A stretch of DNA of 62,153 nucleotides, the filler included, from Choristocarpus tenellus KU-1152 (lineage: Eukaryota; Protista; Phaeophyceae): NCBI GenBank assembly GCA_964200185.2. It is 9 parts of 9 records of this genome, joined end to end, with 100 filler letters (N's around TTAATTAATTAA, not from the genome) between each part and the next. Parts side by side here need not be neighbours in the genome. Positions count along the whole stretch, not along the records: positions 25,542 to 34,586 come from CAXNAD020004051.1; positions 34,687 to 38,524 come from CAXNAD020017642.1; 7 more parts are not named here. One strand, given 5' to 3'. The notes beneath the pieces are model-generated. The model saw only the letters and a list, made by a program, of their open reading frames with translations, had not been told where the DNA came from and searched no databases. The first letter of the stretch is position 1. Each line of letters begins with the position of its first letter. Shown in pieces: positions 25,542 through 36,436 of the stretch. The translations under genes and the position numbers were made by a program.

Positions 25542-27053
25542 GGGGGGGGGGGGGGGAAGTCATGCAGTGTGGCTTGAGTGACAAGGGGTTGAGTCTACTA
25601 GTGATTTCAATTAGCCCATCCAGCGACCCCCCCAACGATACTTTGCTTCCATAAGAGAGCCCTTCAAGAAAGCTTTGTGTTTACGTATACCCTCCCCCAT
25701 TGGTTTGATTGTTGTTTGGTGGTGGTGGTGGGGGTCTTCCTGACAATAACTCTTGCATCGGCACGCGGAATGGTACGTTTTAGCTGGACTGCAGGGAAGA
25801 TGCGTGGGAAGTGGAGCTGTTCATCTTGGAGTGCGATAGACAATTTGATGACCTCAGCTTCTTCTTTGGTGGCGACGAGTTCACCCTCTCGGTGAGAGCT
25901 GGCTCTTTTTCTTTACATTAAATTAGTTGAATAAGCTGGACTGAAGACATGATGCACGGGTATGCACCCAAACCACACACACACACACACACACACACAT
26001 GATATGTCTATGCACAAACTCTACACATAGGCAAGCACTACCTTGGGGTCTGTGTCAATAGATTTGTACAGGTCACCAAATATACATATTCTTTGCTCAA
26101 GGCAAGGATCGTTTTTTTCTATTCTTGCTTCCTCAACACGCCAACCACTAGTACTTTCACGCTTTTTCTCATTTCTGAGTGCAGTCAGTAGGTAGGGAGG
26201 TAGGTAGTGTAGTATAGGGCAGAAGGAAATCAGTGCTCTATATATTTATAGATGTTAATGGTTGTGCTATTCCTGCCCCTAACCCTAACCCTAACACTAT
26301 CCCTTGCCTGTACCCTGGTCCATATCTTGGCTCTATATCTCCACCCTTCCTCTCCCTTTGCTTTTTCTGCAAGCCCTGGACCCACGTCAACATGGTGCAA
26401 TAGTAGCTCTTTGACCCCATCAAATGTGCTTCTGTCACATCTACACATGCAGACACACACACAGGCAGCACACACACAGAACTTTGTGTCCATTTTTCTT
26501 TAGGTCCGATTGGTAGTTCGACTTCCCCAAAATACTAGCGAGTCCTTGGGGAGAGGTGATGAGTTGCTGCGTCATCTCACCCTCGCACATCCTTTTCTTC
26601 GTGCACTTGCAGGGGAGGGGGGGAGGGGCATATGACGACAGCAATGTACAGAATCCACATCTTTGCAGCTGCAGCCATAATTTCTTCTTCGAAGTATGTA
26701 ATTTGTAGTCCACTGGACTGAGTAGTTTTGTTGGCTGTGTTTGGTTCAACAAGGACTCGCGGCTGTCTACTAAGACATGTACCTTTTGATACATAAGTCC
26801 ATACATTTTCGCCTTTTAGGTACTTTGATGTGGCACATATACCTCCGTCCTATTCTGGAGTTGAAACTGAACACTCTATAACGCTGGAGGCACTACTGTT
26901 GAAACCCCTCATTTCTGCTATTGCCTCATGATCATCAACGCCCCCCTCACGCTAGCATGTCCCTTGCTCTTCCGCCCACTCCTCAGCATAGTTCTTATTT
27001 CCATAATACGATCCTTGATCTCACAAGTTTTGATAACTGCTACATTCCCACAG

Positions 27054-28804
27054 CCATCACAACTGCTGATTCCGCTCAGTGATTTTGGTCCCATCTCCTC
27101 GACTTTGACGGAGTGGTGTCTGCTGGGGATCACGGGATACGACTCACCTAATTGGTAAGAGGGTGTGTAACGATATACTACTGTAGCTTACTAGTGTGAA
27201 CTCTCAAGCCTGCAGTTAATACGAATCCTGTGTACTACTACTGCAGCATATGGCCATAGTATGTGTATGTACTCCAAAGTGTACCAGTATTGAAAACCGT
27301 AACTCTAGACACACTGGTACATACTGCATGTATAATAGTGCATATAAAAGAATGAGTGAGTATACCTACGTGTATACCCCCACAGTCTCTACATGTAGAT
27401 GATGACTATTACAAGAAAGAGTCCCCGGTTACATTTGGGCTAGTTTTTTTTTTCTCAAGAGTAGAGCTAATTGTGAAGCGATTGTGGAGCTACTAATCCG
27501 ACCATTGTACAGTGCAAATCGCCAGAATTTGGTTGGTGTGTCTTGCGCCTATGGACGCATCCTACTTTCTTTGCACTCAGCTATTTCAGTATCTTTTGTG
27601 ATGTGGTGAACCTACCTAGGTAGGTGGAGTCATGCTTCTCGTTTTAATCACACACATATATCTTTCACAAGTAGCTACTGGGTCCCTTTTTTTGTTGCAG
27701 GATGGGCGTGTCTGGCAGTTACACCTATACCTCATATCTAGTAATGGACTCGACTATCTTTCTTATTAGGAGCGAAATGTATGTTCCTGTTGAGTGTTGG
27801 GGTGCCTCATCCTGCAAAGCTTAACACCTCTACATTTTCGATATAGAAAATGATGATAAGATCGCATCTTGGTACGACATTACTTCTGTGGTATTACTTC
27901 TACAATGCCCAATGAAGTTAAAACTAACAGTAGTAGTATATGTGTAACACAACCCCAACACATCCATACACACTTCAACCCTACATACCTTGCACTGGTA
28001 TTTGTGCAGACGACTTCTCCCCTCGCCGGGGGACCTAACCTACTTGCGTTGCTTTCCGTCGTCACTTGTACCCGTGTGGAAACATCCCAAAGGGTCCTAG
28101 GTGACGTGTTCCTGCGTGCCTTCTACACGGCATACAACCCGATAGAGCAAAAGTTTGGCCTGGCGCCATCCACTGGTGAACGCACATCCGCATTCTGCGA
28201 AGACGACAAGCACATTTCCTCTGCTGGAGGACCATCCCCAGCTAAAACTACGAACCCCCCTGCCACAGCAAGCCCTCCAATTCGTAGAGCAACTCCTGCA
28301 CCATGTTCAGCAGTCAACAGCGCTGCTAATTCAGATAGCTCTGATGATGACAAGGAGGGGAGTTGGAACGGTCTGAGCAGTACGATGGTTGCAGTGGGGT
28401 TTTTTGTGCTGTTGATCGTGGCATTTGCCATCTTGATGTTATGCTTGATCGCATTGCAACGGAGAAGGGCGGCGGGGGTGACTCGAGGTGGCTACAAGCA
28501 AGCCAAGTTCCGCTCAGAGGGTGAAGTGGAGATTCAGATGTCGAGTGGAGGTAGAGGGGGTAGAATCACGAGTTTTGAGGACGATTTTGTACCTGCTCAT
28601 CCTGGCAGTTACCAGGGGAAAAGCTCAGGCTCACACATGTACCGTGCCAGCAATAACAGCAGTGGTGAAGGGGGGGAGGGCAGTGATTATGGAGATAACG
28701 TTGGTGAGGATGAGTTTGAAATGCAATCTGGGCTTGTAGCAAGTCCTAGGAGGCGAGGGTTTGGTGGTGAGCATGGGCGGCGGGCATTGGTCGGGACTCT
28801 ATAG
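27054..28804 (+). CDS. Pepsin-family (A1) aspartic protease with C-terminal transmembrane anchor, last two exons (5'-partial)
   Basis: Exons 27054-27154 and 28093-28804 join in phase 2 (TG|G = Trp) to give CLLGITGYDSPNW-VLGDVFLRAFYTAYNPIEQKFGLAP, the conserved pepsin C-terminal signature. It is followed by a Ser/Pro/Thr linker, the hydrophobic helix MVAVGFFVLLIVAFAILMLCLIAL, a basic stop-transfer RRR and a ~105-aa tail. Stop TAG at 28802-28804. Confidence 0.88.
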
Positions 28805-28839
28805 GTAATTTATCACCAAATTTGAAAATCAGTCACGTT

Positions 28840-29290
28840 GCAAATCAAGATAGTGATGGTGAAGGCGAAGGGGGGAGTTGGAGTGGTCTGAGCAACAAGA
28901 TGGTGGTTGGGTTTTTTGTGGTTTTGGTTCTATCTATGCACGATTGCATTGCCGTGGAGGAAGGCAACAAGGGAGGGCTCTGGATGGCTACAAATTCACC
29001 AAACTACTCTCTGAGGGTGAGGAGGAGATTCATATGGCATGGCGAGTGCGCGAAGTAGAGGATGCAGAAGTAAGAATTTCGAGGACGCTTTTGTGGAGTT
29101 TCATCCCAGCAATTGCTGGGGGAATTGCTTAGCCTTACACATGTACTATGCCAGTAAAAACATCAGTGAGGAGCAGGAGGAGGGCAGTGACTATGGAGGA
29201 AGGTGGATGAAATTGATTGCAATCTCTATAATTGCAAGCCCTTGTGGACGAGGGTCGGGTGGTGTGCATGGGTGGGGGATGCTGAAATGG
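28840..29290 (+). pseudogene. Decayed tandem duplicate of the TM + cytoplasmic-tail part of the aspartic protease last exon
   Basis: Aligns to ~28325-28795 (GSWNGLSS/GSWSGLSN, GYKQAKFRSEGEVEI/GYKFTKLLSEGEEEI, FEDDFV/FEDAFV, EGSDYG), with frameshifts. Confidence 0.85.
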
Positions 29291-31680
29291 ATCTGTAGCT
29301 TCTATCTTTGGGCTGTAATGACTGGGTGTCTGATTCACATTAATCTAGTATGGACTGCATAGGTGCACTTGCTGAAGGTGGGGACTTGCTCTGCATCAGA
29401 GGAAGGGTTGACCTAGTACATAGAGGAAGGGCAAAATAGTGTGATTGTTTCTGGGCAAGGGGGCAAGATGGGGATAGAGCTCTCTTTGACTATATATATA
29501 GCGGTTGTGTTCAGTGCCGTAAGTGTGCAGGGCGAGCTTGCAAGATGTAAGTGTTTTTCTTGGGATGATTCCTTCAAATTCTATGTGCATATAACATGTA
29601 CCTACGTAGAAAGTTAGTGAGGACTCCTGTGTAGTGCAAATAGTAAGGATTGGAGATGCGGCAGCATGTTGCAAAGCATTGAGAAATCATGATCTGTCAA
29701 GTGGGTCGTAGGAAGATTAAGGTGTGGAGGTGCAGCATTGTCATGATGGCCTCTTATAGTTGTGTGGTTGTCACACATGATATGTATCTATGGTGTATTC
29801 TTTGGTAGTGAAGGATCTGTAGGAACAAAGTCTTCTTGTGTCTGCAACCTGGAAGCCCACCTTACATTACCGAGGTTTCCTAGGGGCATTCTTACAGGGG
29901 CTGTGTTCGTGTCAATTTGTACAGTTACTGGTGATCCCTTCTGTCATCCTATTGTATAGGCTATGGTATGACACATCTTGTATAATCTACTCTCGTAACT
30001 AATAAAAACACAGATTAAAATCTGCTGAACTATGAAGTATGCAGTCCGTCACTACAGCATGGCAGACTCCTCTGCTGGCTTGTGCCTGGTGAGTTGCACG
30101 TGAAAAGTTTTTTTTTTGTCTATAGATGGTATGATAGGGTGTGGTGTTGTGTGTGGTAGTTGTGTTGTTACAAGATGTATGCATGTGTGCATGAGTTCAG
30201 ATAGCAAAGGGGAGGTTGCAACAAGTACACATTAATATATTGATTGAGTTGTTGTGCCAGCTGTGGGAGGTAATCCTCCTGAAGTTGGTATTACACCTTG
30301 TTCAGTGTTTGGCGTGTCTGTCTCTCTATCCCCCCTTTGTGCTCTAATAACTTACTACATAGTGCAAGCATATATTAACATCCAGTGTTGCAGAATATAT
30401 TTTATGATACTTATCTAAGTAGTATGATTGTTGTTAGACTACTCGGAGTTCACAACCAATATGATAGATTTTTCTTTTTTCCTCCTGGAAGGTTACCCTC
30501 ACTGTATAGTTATGGGGATACACATCAAAGCGCCAGGTATCTTATTGGATATTATGTTGGTGCTTGGGCAATGTATCTTAGTCGATAAAAAAAGTCGTAG
30601 TTGGTCATTTGGCAACAATGTGTTGCTGATGTTTGCCACGACCAACTCGAAGAAACAGTACAATAAATGCTACATTATGAATGTGGTGTACTTGTGTGTG
30701 GATCTCAATGGAGAAATTCAACAAAGTCGAGGGTTTTGTCCAGATCTGCAATCTACCAGAAACCACAACTTTCTCTGTTCGGAATTATACATAACTTTTG
30801 CCACCTCTATTTTCGCCTGGGAATGAATGACCTACGTGATAAACCCTGAATGAGGCCTAGTCCTCATATAGATTGTAGGCGTGCAAAGTTAGAGAAGGTG
30901 GACTGTCATGACTGTGGATCATCAGTACAAAGTCGACCAGGTCACATTGGACAGGGTTCAAAAACCCGATGAACTGTCAAAGCGGGTGTTTATTGGGATA
31001 CCTAGGACGAAGGCCCCCCATCATTCGAGCGGCTAGCTCATCCTGTCATCGCCCATTGATCCTAATTCTTCAGCCCAGAGGTCTGTCCATGGTCCAGACT
31101 TAAACACCCCCACAAAGAATAGCGTGGTAGCGCAATGCCTGGAGGCGAGAAGCCGCAAGACTGAGATGCCTCGGGGGACACTGGCACCCATCACAGAAGA
31201 CTGGGATTTCCTGAATCACTGTGTTCGTTCACCTGAAGGAGTATGACATCCAGATCACACGGGGGTGAATGCACGGACCTTGTACGACATCACAAGGGGC
31301 GATGTGACCACCGTACAAGTATCCTCGATGTTTGGGACGTCCCATTGGTGCACCGCAAATTCTTCTGCAAATGGGCTGCCAAAGCTGGGGTCTCCCTTGC
31401 CTCGTTGTAGGATCTGCGCAAGTGCGAGTTGGCGAAGAAGGTCAAGCAGTGGATTAAACCAGTCCTATCAGACCAGCAGAAAGTCAACAGGGTAGGTTTC
31501 GTCATCAGCCACACGCACGGGAGAGGGGGGGAAGTGGGGTATTAGTGGACGATCTATATGACTAGTGTATGTGGATGAGAAGTGGTTTACATCGTCAATG
31601 AAGGGCAAGGTGTGTTCCTACACCCACTGAGGACCCCCCCAAACCCCCACGGGCACAAAATAAGCATTACATTACGGTGA

Positions 31681-32218
31681 TGTTGAAGCTTGGCATTGAA
31701 TGAATCGTGCTCTTGTACGATGGCGGGTTGGTTGTGATGAAGGGGTGTCATAGTGCAATGAGTCACCAGTGAATTCATGCCCATGAACCAAGTGAAGAAG
31801 GGTTTATGAAGATGTTTTAACTCTGAATATATTACAACCTGTTGTGTATCAGATACACTTAGTGCAGAGTGAGCTTGGTATCTTAGGAGGAGCCAATGCC
31901 AGCCAGAAAAAGAATAATCAACACATGAGATGCAACTGATAGTGGTGATTTGAAGATCAAAGAAAAGGAAAGAAACTTGAATCAATATCTGGGACAATCC
32001 ATATATGGCACATACTATGCTTGTATGGTTGACAGGAGTCGATTGTTCCGTACTTCCTTTGCACCACGATGTTCTAACAGTAGTTGATGCAATGATGAGG
32101 TGCTAATGATGTAAATGTGACTAACGACCAGTACCGATGTGCGAATCAACAGTCAGTATGAACTGGTATTACTGTATCGTATCAAGTACACAAAATATGA
32201 GTACCCTATGTTTTAACA
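31681..32218. mobile_element. Solo LTR (538 bp) with 5-bp TSD
   Basis: TGTTGAA...TTTAACA flanked by GGTGA on both sides (31676-31680, 32219-32223). Removing it restores the mariner motif IT-VMFLAAV. Confidence 0.85.
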
Positions 32219-32479
32219 GGTGATGTTCCTTGCAGCCGTGATCCGCCCTAGGAAGCTCTCCGATGGGAAAAACAGGGTCTGGCCAATCATGGACACTAAG
32301 GTTGCTCAGCGCTCCAGCTAACACCACCCCAAAGGCACCAGGTGCTTGTGTCAGGCACGGTGGATGGGGAGAGGTATAAGAAGCTCATGATTGAGGATGT
32401 CATCCCAGCAATCAAGGCTCGCATGCCTAGATTGGAAAGACACACTATCTTCTTGCAGCAGGATGGGGCAAAGCCACAC

Positions 32480-33065
32480 TGTTACAGGCGAATAGCGCGA
32501 GCAGTTCTTCTCGTGTTTTAGCAAACACGAACATTTGTGACAGATGCATAGTGTAAGGATTGTTTCTCGCGTTCTAACAAGTGCGAACACTATACGATAT
32601 TTGTAACACATAGGTAGCCTTACAGAGTAAATACTGATGATTTCATAGAAGATACAGAGTAAGATTCGGAATGCATACGTAACATTACAGAAGAAAATTT
32701 CAAAGTCCCTAAGTTGCAGAAGAAAGGTTTATGATTGGAGTACGCGTAGAGCAGTTGCATAGGAGACCAAAGAAATTGGGTGGATGATGAAAATAACAAG
32801 AGGGATTTTGGCCAAAGCCATCCCACTTGCCTTTAGTCCTTATCTTTTATCTTGAATGAAACTTTGAGTCGAGGTTTGAGCTAAGCACTGAGTGGAATAT
32901 CAAGAAGAGAAGGACACGTGACACCCTACAACTGTTATCAAGGACAAACCCCCCATAGCGTCGTTTTAAGGTCGTTGGATTTGACTGGTACATACTGTTG
33001 TGGAGGTGAGTTCTGAGGGGCACGCTGTAACATGGAGATCCTACCGAGACTTCCACTCTGTAACA
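32480..33065 (-). mobile_element. TGTTACAG-family element with 4-bp TSD
   Basis: TGTTACAGGCG...TGTAACA flanked by ACAC/ACAC (32476-32479, 33066-33069). Its ends are homologous to 33869-34304 in the opposite orientation. Confidence 0.8.
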
Positions 33066-33192
33066 ACACACCAAGGGGTGATCATGGAGGCAATCGAGGA
33101 GGCAGTGGACAACGACCCAGCCAACCAACTAACCTGACCTCAATGTTATTATGGATTCTTTCATTCCATCCGGCAACAGAAAGAAAACGTGG

Positions 33193-33460
33193 GGGGCCCA
33201 AAACGTTTAAGAGGGTAGGGTTGTGTCCGTTCGTGGTCATAAATTCAATGCTGCGATTTTGATTTTGGCTATTGTGTTTGTAAGCAAGTGTAAATATCCT
33301 TGCTCTGGACACACCTTTCATAGTCCTATACATTTTATCTACTCCGAAATCCGAAATGTTCACACAGAAAACCATAAAAAGACATAAAAAAACCCTTGGG
33401 AAGCCAAGTCCCAAACGGTCAAATAGGGCAAAACTCCTACCCTCTTTAATCCTTTGGCTC
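33193..33460. mobile_element. MITE family A, diverged copy
   Basis: Interior colinear with 24414-24675. Degenerate TIRs GGCCCAAAACGTTTAAGAGGGTAG / CTACCCTCTTTAATCCTTTGGCTC. Probable TSD TGG. Confidence 0.8.
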
Positions 33461-33868
33461 TGGGGGTGACCAACACAGAGGAGAGCTAGTGGAGGCCACA
33501 ATGGAGGCATTACCCTCAAAGTGCACATGGCAGAGCCTCTTCACAGTGTACGGTGAAGTGCTGGGGTCCGACGGTGACAGTGTCTACAAATGTTCCCATC
33601 TTAGCAAAAAAGGCTGGGAAGGCTGGCAAACTGCCCTTGAATGCCCCAGTGGATGCAGTGAAATATCGTGCTGGGATGGAGGTTTGGAGTGGTTTGGGGG
33701 CGGAATCATAGATAGGTGTAGGCTACCCCATTTTGTTTGAGATTTTGATGGACAACCTTTTAGTGTCTGCACAACAACACACCCATAAAATATGAACATG
33801 TGAAAAAAGTCTTGCTTCTTTATTGGGGCTGCAAAAGTTACGATACCTTCCATTTAAAACGGAGGAAG

Positions 33869-34304
33869 TGTTACAGCACGCTCTAGAACTCACCTCCATA
33901 GGATGTGTAACTCTAATCCAACGACCTTAAAACGACGCTACGGGGGTATTTCCACAGTTGATAGCCACGGATGGGTGTCAGCTACTACTCTTCTCTCGAT
34001 TCTTCACTCAGTGCTTAGGTCAAAGCTTGACTTGATTTTTTAATCGCGACATAAAGAGTGAATCAAGAGGTACTTTGGTGGCAGTCAAAGTATTCTTCAT
34101 TTGTATCATGTACACAAATTCTACAGACTACAAATTGAAAGACATCTGCCAACCGTTGTTTACGTACTCAAACTACAAATCTTTCCTGCAACTTCTAAGA
34201 AATCAGCATTTTTTCTGTAAGGTCACCTGTTTGCTACAAATCTTGTATACTGCTCGGGATTGCTGCAACACGAGAAGAAATGCTCGCGCTATTCGCCTGT
34301 AACA
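33869..34304 (+). mobile_element. TGTTACAG-family element (436 bp) with 4-bp TSD
   Basis: TGTTACAGCACGC...TTCGCCTGTAACA flanked by GAAG/GAAG. Confidence 0.8.
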
Positions 34305-34336
34305 GAAGAAGTACGACACTACGAAGCAACCTAATA

Positions 34337-34530
34337 CAGTACCTACACCGATTTTATACCAAATATTATGTACCAAACCCATCTTTGTACCGCTTTTTTC
34401 GACATGCTAAAAAAAATAGGTTTTTGTACCGGAATTCTCGTATTCGGGCGACTTGGTACAAACTCGGGGAGATATTCACGCGAGTTTGGCGCGCGCGTAT
34501 ACATTTCTCGCGAAAAGTGCCTTTCTTCCT
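34337..34530 (+). mobile_element. Probable Tc1/pogo-like element end
   Basis: TA|CAGTACCTACACCGATTTT is nearly identical to TA|CAGTACCTACCCCGATTTT at 62090. TA followed by CAGT is typical of Tc1/pogo termini. Confidence 0.4.
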
Positions 34531-34586
34531 GAGTCATGACCACACAGCAGTAGAGTACGTTGCTGGTAGGGGAATAAAGTGGAAGC

Positions 34587-34686
34587 NNNNNNNNNNNNNN
34601 NNNNNNNNNNNNNNNNNNNNNNNNNNNNNNTTAATTAATTAANNNNNNNNNNNNNNNNNNNNNNNNNNNNNNNNNNNNNNNNNNNN
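34587..34686. other. Artificial contig-joining linker
   Basis: N44-TTAATTAATTAA-N44. Confidence 0.98.
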
Positions 34687-35485
34687 CCCCCGAATAGGAA
34701 GGGTGCCCAAGTGTCTCTGAATACCAGGGTTACGCTTGCAGTGCAGCACACCCTCGCGATGGTCCCTGGTGAGCATAAACTGCTGCGACACGTTGGACAA
34801 GCCCTGGCAGCGCAGTTTGGAGTGTTCGAGCGTTACATATGAGGGCTCTGGGAGGACGTCGCTGATCAGCTCGCCCACGACCACACCCTTGACCTAAGGG
34901 TGACAGCACGTAGTGGGTGGTGGCCTTTGGAGCTCACACCGACCAAGATGGTCGCAATACATAGTATCAACTCTGATAATCAGTCATCCACAGTGTGTCA
35001 GGTGACAATGAAGATGGCCACCAAGGGACTCAATTATAGCATGGGCACCATAAATAGGTGGTTGGATGATGTGGGGGCCATGCCGAATCATTGTTGGAAC
35101 AAACCGAAGCTTAAATCATGGCAAAAGGTATGGAGAATGAACTTTATTTGCAATCAAGTGGATGGGAAACGTGGTGTGTATACCTCCATGGCGAACACAA
35201 TCCATGTGGATGAAACCTGGTTTTACGTGATGGCTGATGGGGAAAGGGTTAAGGTATTTCCAAACGAGGATGATAGCGACCCTCCAGGGTCCCCTACTGT
35301 GCAGCACAAGAGTCATATCCCCAAAACCATGATAATTGCAGCCAACGCCCGCCCTGATTTGGCTCACAGCTTTGATAGAAAGCTTGGTGTTTGACGTGTG
35401 TGTGCGCCGAAAACAGCACAGACAGGACAAGAAAGAACCATAAAAGGGGGATGTGTATGAGCAGGACTGTATTTTAGACTCTTTT
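34687..35485 (+). mobile_element. Second plant-type mariner transposase relic (N-terminal HTH to first catalytic Asp)
   Basis: HTH-like LAAQFGVFERYI*GLW, then IHVDETWFY, VQHKSHIPKTMIIAANARP and FDRKLGV*. It has in-frame stops and is truncated before the QQD motif. Confidence 0.85.
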
Positions 35486-35813
35486 GCGCAATATAGGCTG
35501 GTAGTCTGTAGGTTAGGAATCATGGGTTCGAGTCTCGACGAGCTTGTTCATTTCTTTTTGGTTTGTTTGCTATAAGTCGCTGGCGCAACTACGACTAGCA
35601 CAGAATGACTGACACAGAATGAGCGACGCAGAACGACTGATGCAGTGCAACTGACACAGACACATTCTGACGTGTCTGCTGACGTGCGCAGTAGGTAAAC
35701 AGGCAGGCCACCCCCCTTCAAGGGATGGTGCTCACTCCACTAATTAATTCATCCATACCACACATAAAGCAAAAACTCTATTCAAACAGCTCTTTTATAC
35801 GAGTCACACAGGT

Positions 35814-36013
35814 ATGGAAGCGGACCCACGTAAGCTGCCACTATGGACTGGCGCACGAGGGCATACAAGGGAGAAGTGGGCTGAATGGCGGATGGTGCTG
35901 GTGAGCTATGCGGGTGGGAAGGGACTGTATCGCATCCTCCAACCGGCGAACCACATCCCTGCATCTCCTACGGCAGATACATCGTTAGGGATCGCAGTGC
36001 GTACGATGAGTAC
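35814..36013 (+). mobile_element. Probable gag N-terminus of an LTR retrotransposon interrupted by the downstream copia LTR
   Basis: MEADPRKLPLWTG...KWAEWRMVLVSYAGGKGLYRIL resembles copia gag starts (P.F.G...W..W...L..Y...GL..IL). The frame runs into the LTR at 36014. Confidence 0.4.
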
Positions 36014-36301
36014 TGTCAAGATTATGCTTGACCATTTGTGAGAATATGATTTGAAGTATTATTTTATGTACGCACAGAAGATAATGCTGGACATTCAGNN
36101 NNNNNNNNCTGTTAGAGTTGGAGTGTTTTGATGTGTACTAGAGAACTCTTGAGTCATTTGGTATTCTGAGTCATTCAATGTAAGGATTGGTGAGCCCCAC
36201 CTAGTGAAGGTAACTCATTCTCTTCTCAACTGTGATACAAGCTAATAAACAATAATATAACTGGTTGAGTGGGACAACAGAGCGTCAAGGACAGCTTAAC
36301 A
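36014..36301 (+). repeat. 5' LTR of the copia element (contains a 10-N gap at 36099-36108)
   Basis: TGTCAAG...CTTAACA, closely similar to the solo LTR at 60625-60956 and directly upstream of gag. Confidence 0.75.
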
Positions 36302-36436
36302 TGCTATAGCACCTTCTTTAAGTGTGCTTGCGTAGTTATTATACTTGGATTTTAGCTATCACTGGGAAGGAGTCAAGATAAACTATGATACCCAGATTAA
36401 AATTCAATTCAAGTCTAAACTCCATTGATGACACAA

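Larger units (their letters stand above)
31000..33868 (+). mobile_element. Degenerate plant-type (DD39D-like) mariner transposase, interrupted by three nested insertions
   Basis: After removing 31681-32218, 32480-33065 and 33193-33460, the pieces read VYVDEKWF..., NKHYITVMFLAAV.RPR, VDGERYKKLMIEDVIPAIKARMP, IFLQQDGAKPH, QPTN*PDLNV..GFFHSI and ELVEA...WQSLFTVYGEVLGSDGDSVYKCSH, with stops and frameshifts. The left boundary is approximate. Confidence 0.85.

Noticed and set aside
27869-28092. N-terminal 75 codons of the 311-aa ORF in the ORF track
   Set aside because: Intronic read-through. The real exon starts at the AG acceptor 28091-28092 and joins exon 27054-27154 to give W-VLGDVFL.
33207-33448. 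Short-TIR MITE variant (AGAGGGTAG ends) with a canonical TTA TSD
   Set aside because: Degenerate full-length family-A TIRs extend 15 bp further on both sides, and the mariner frame only rejoins when the longer unit is removed.
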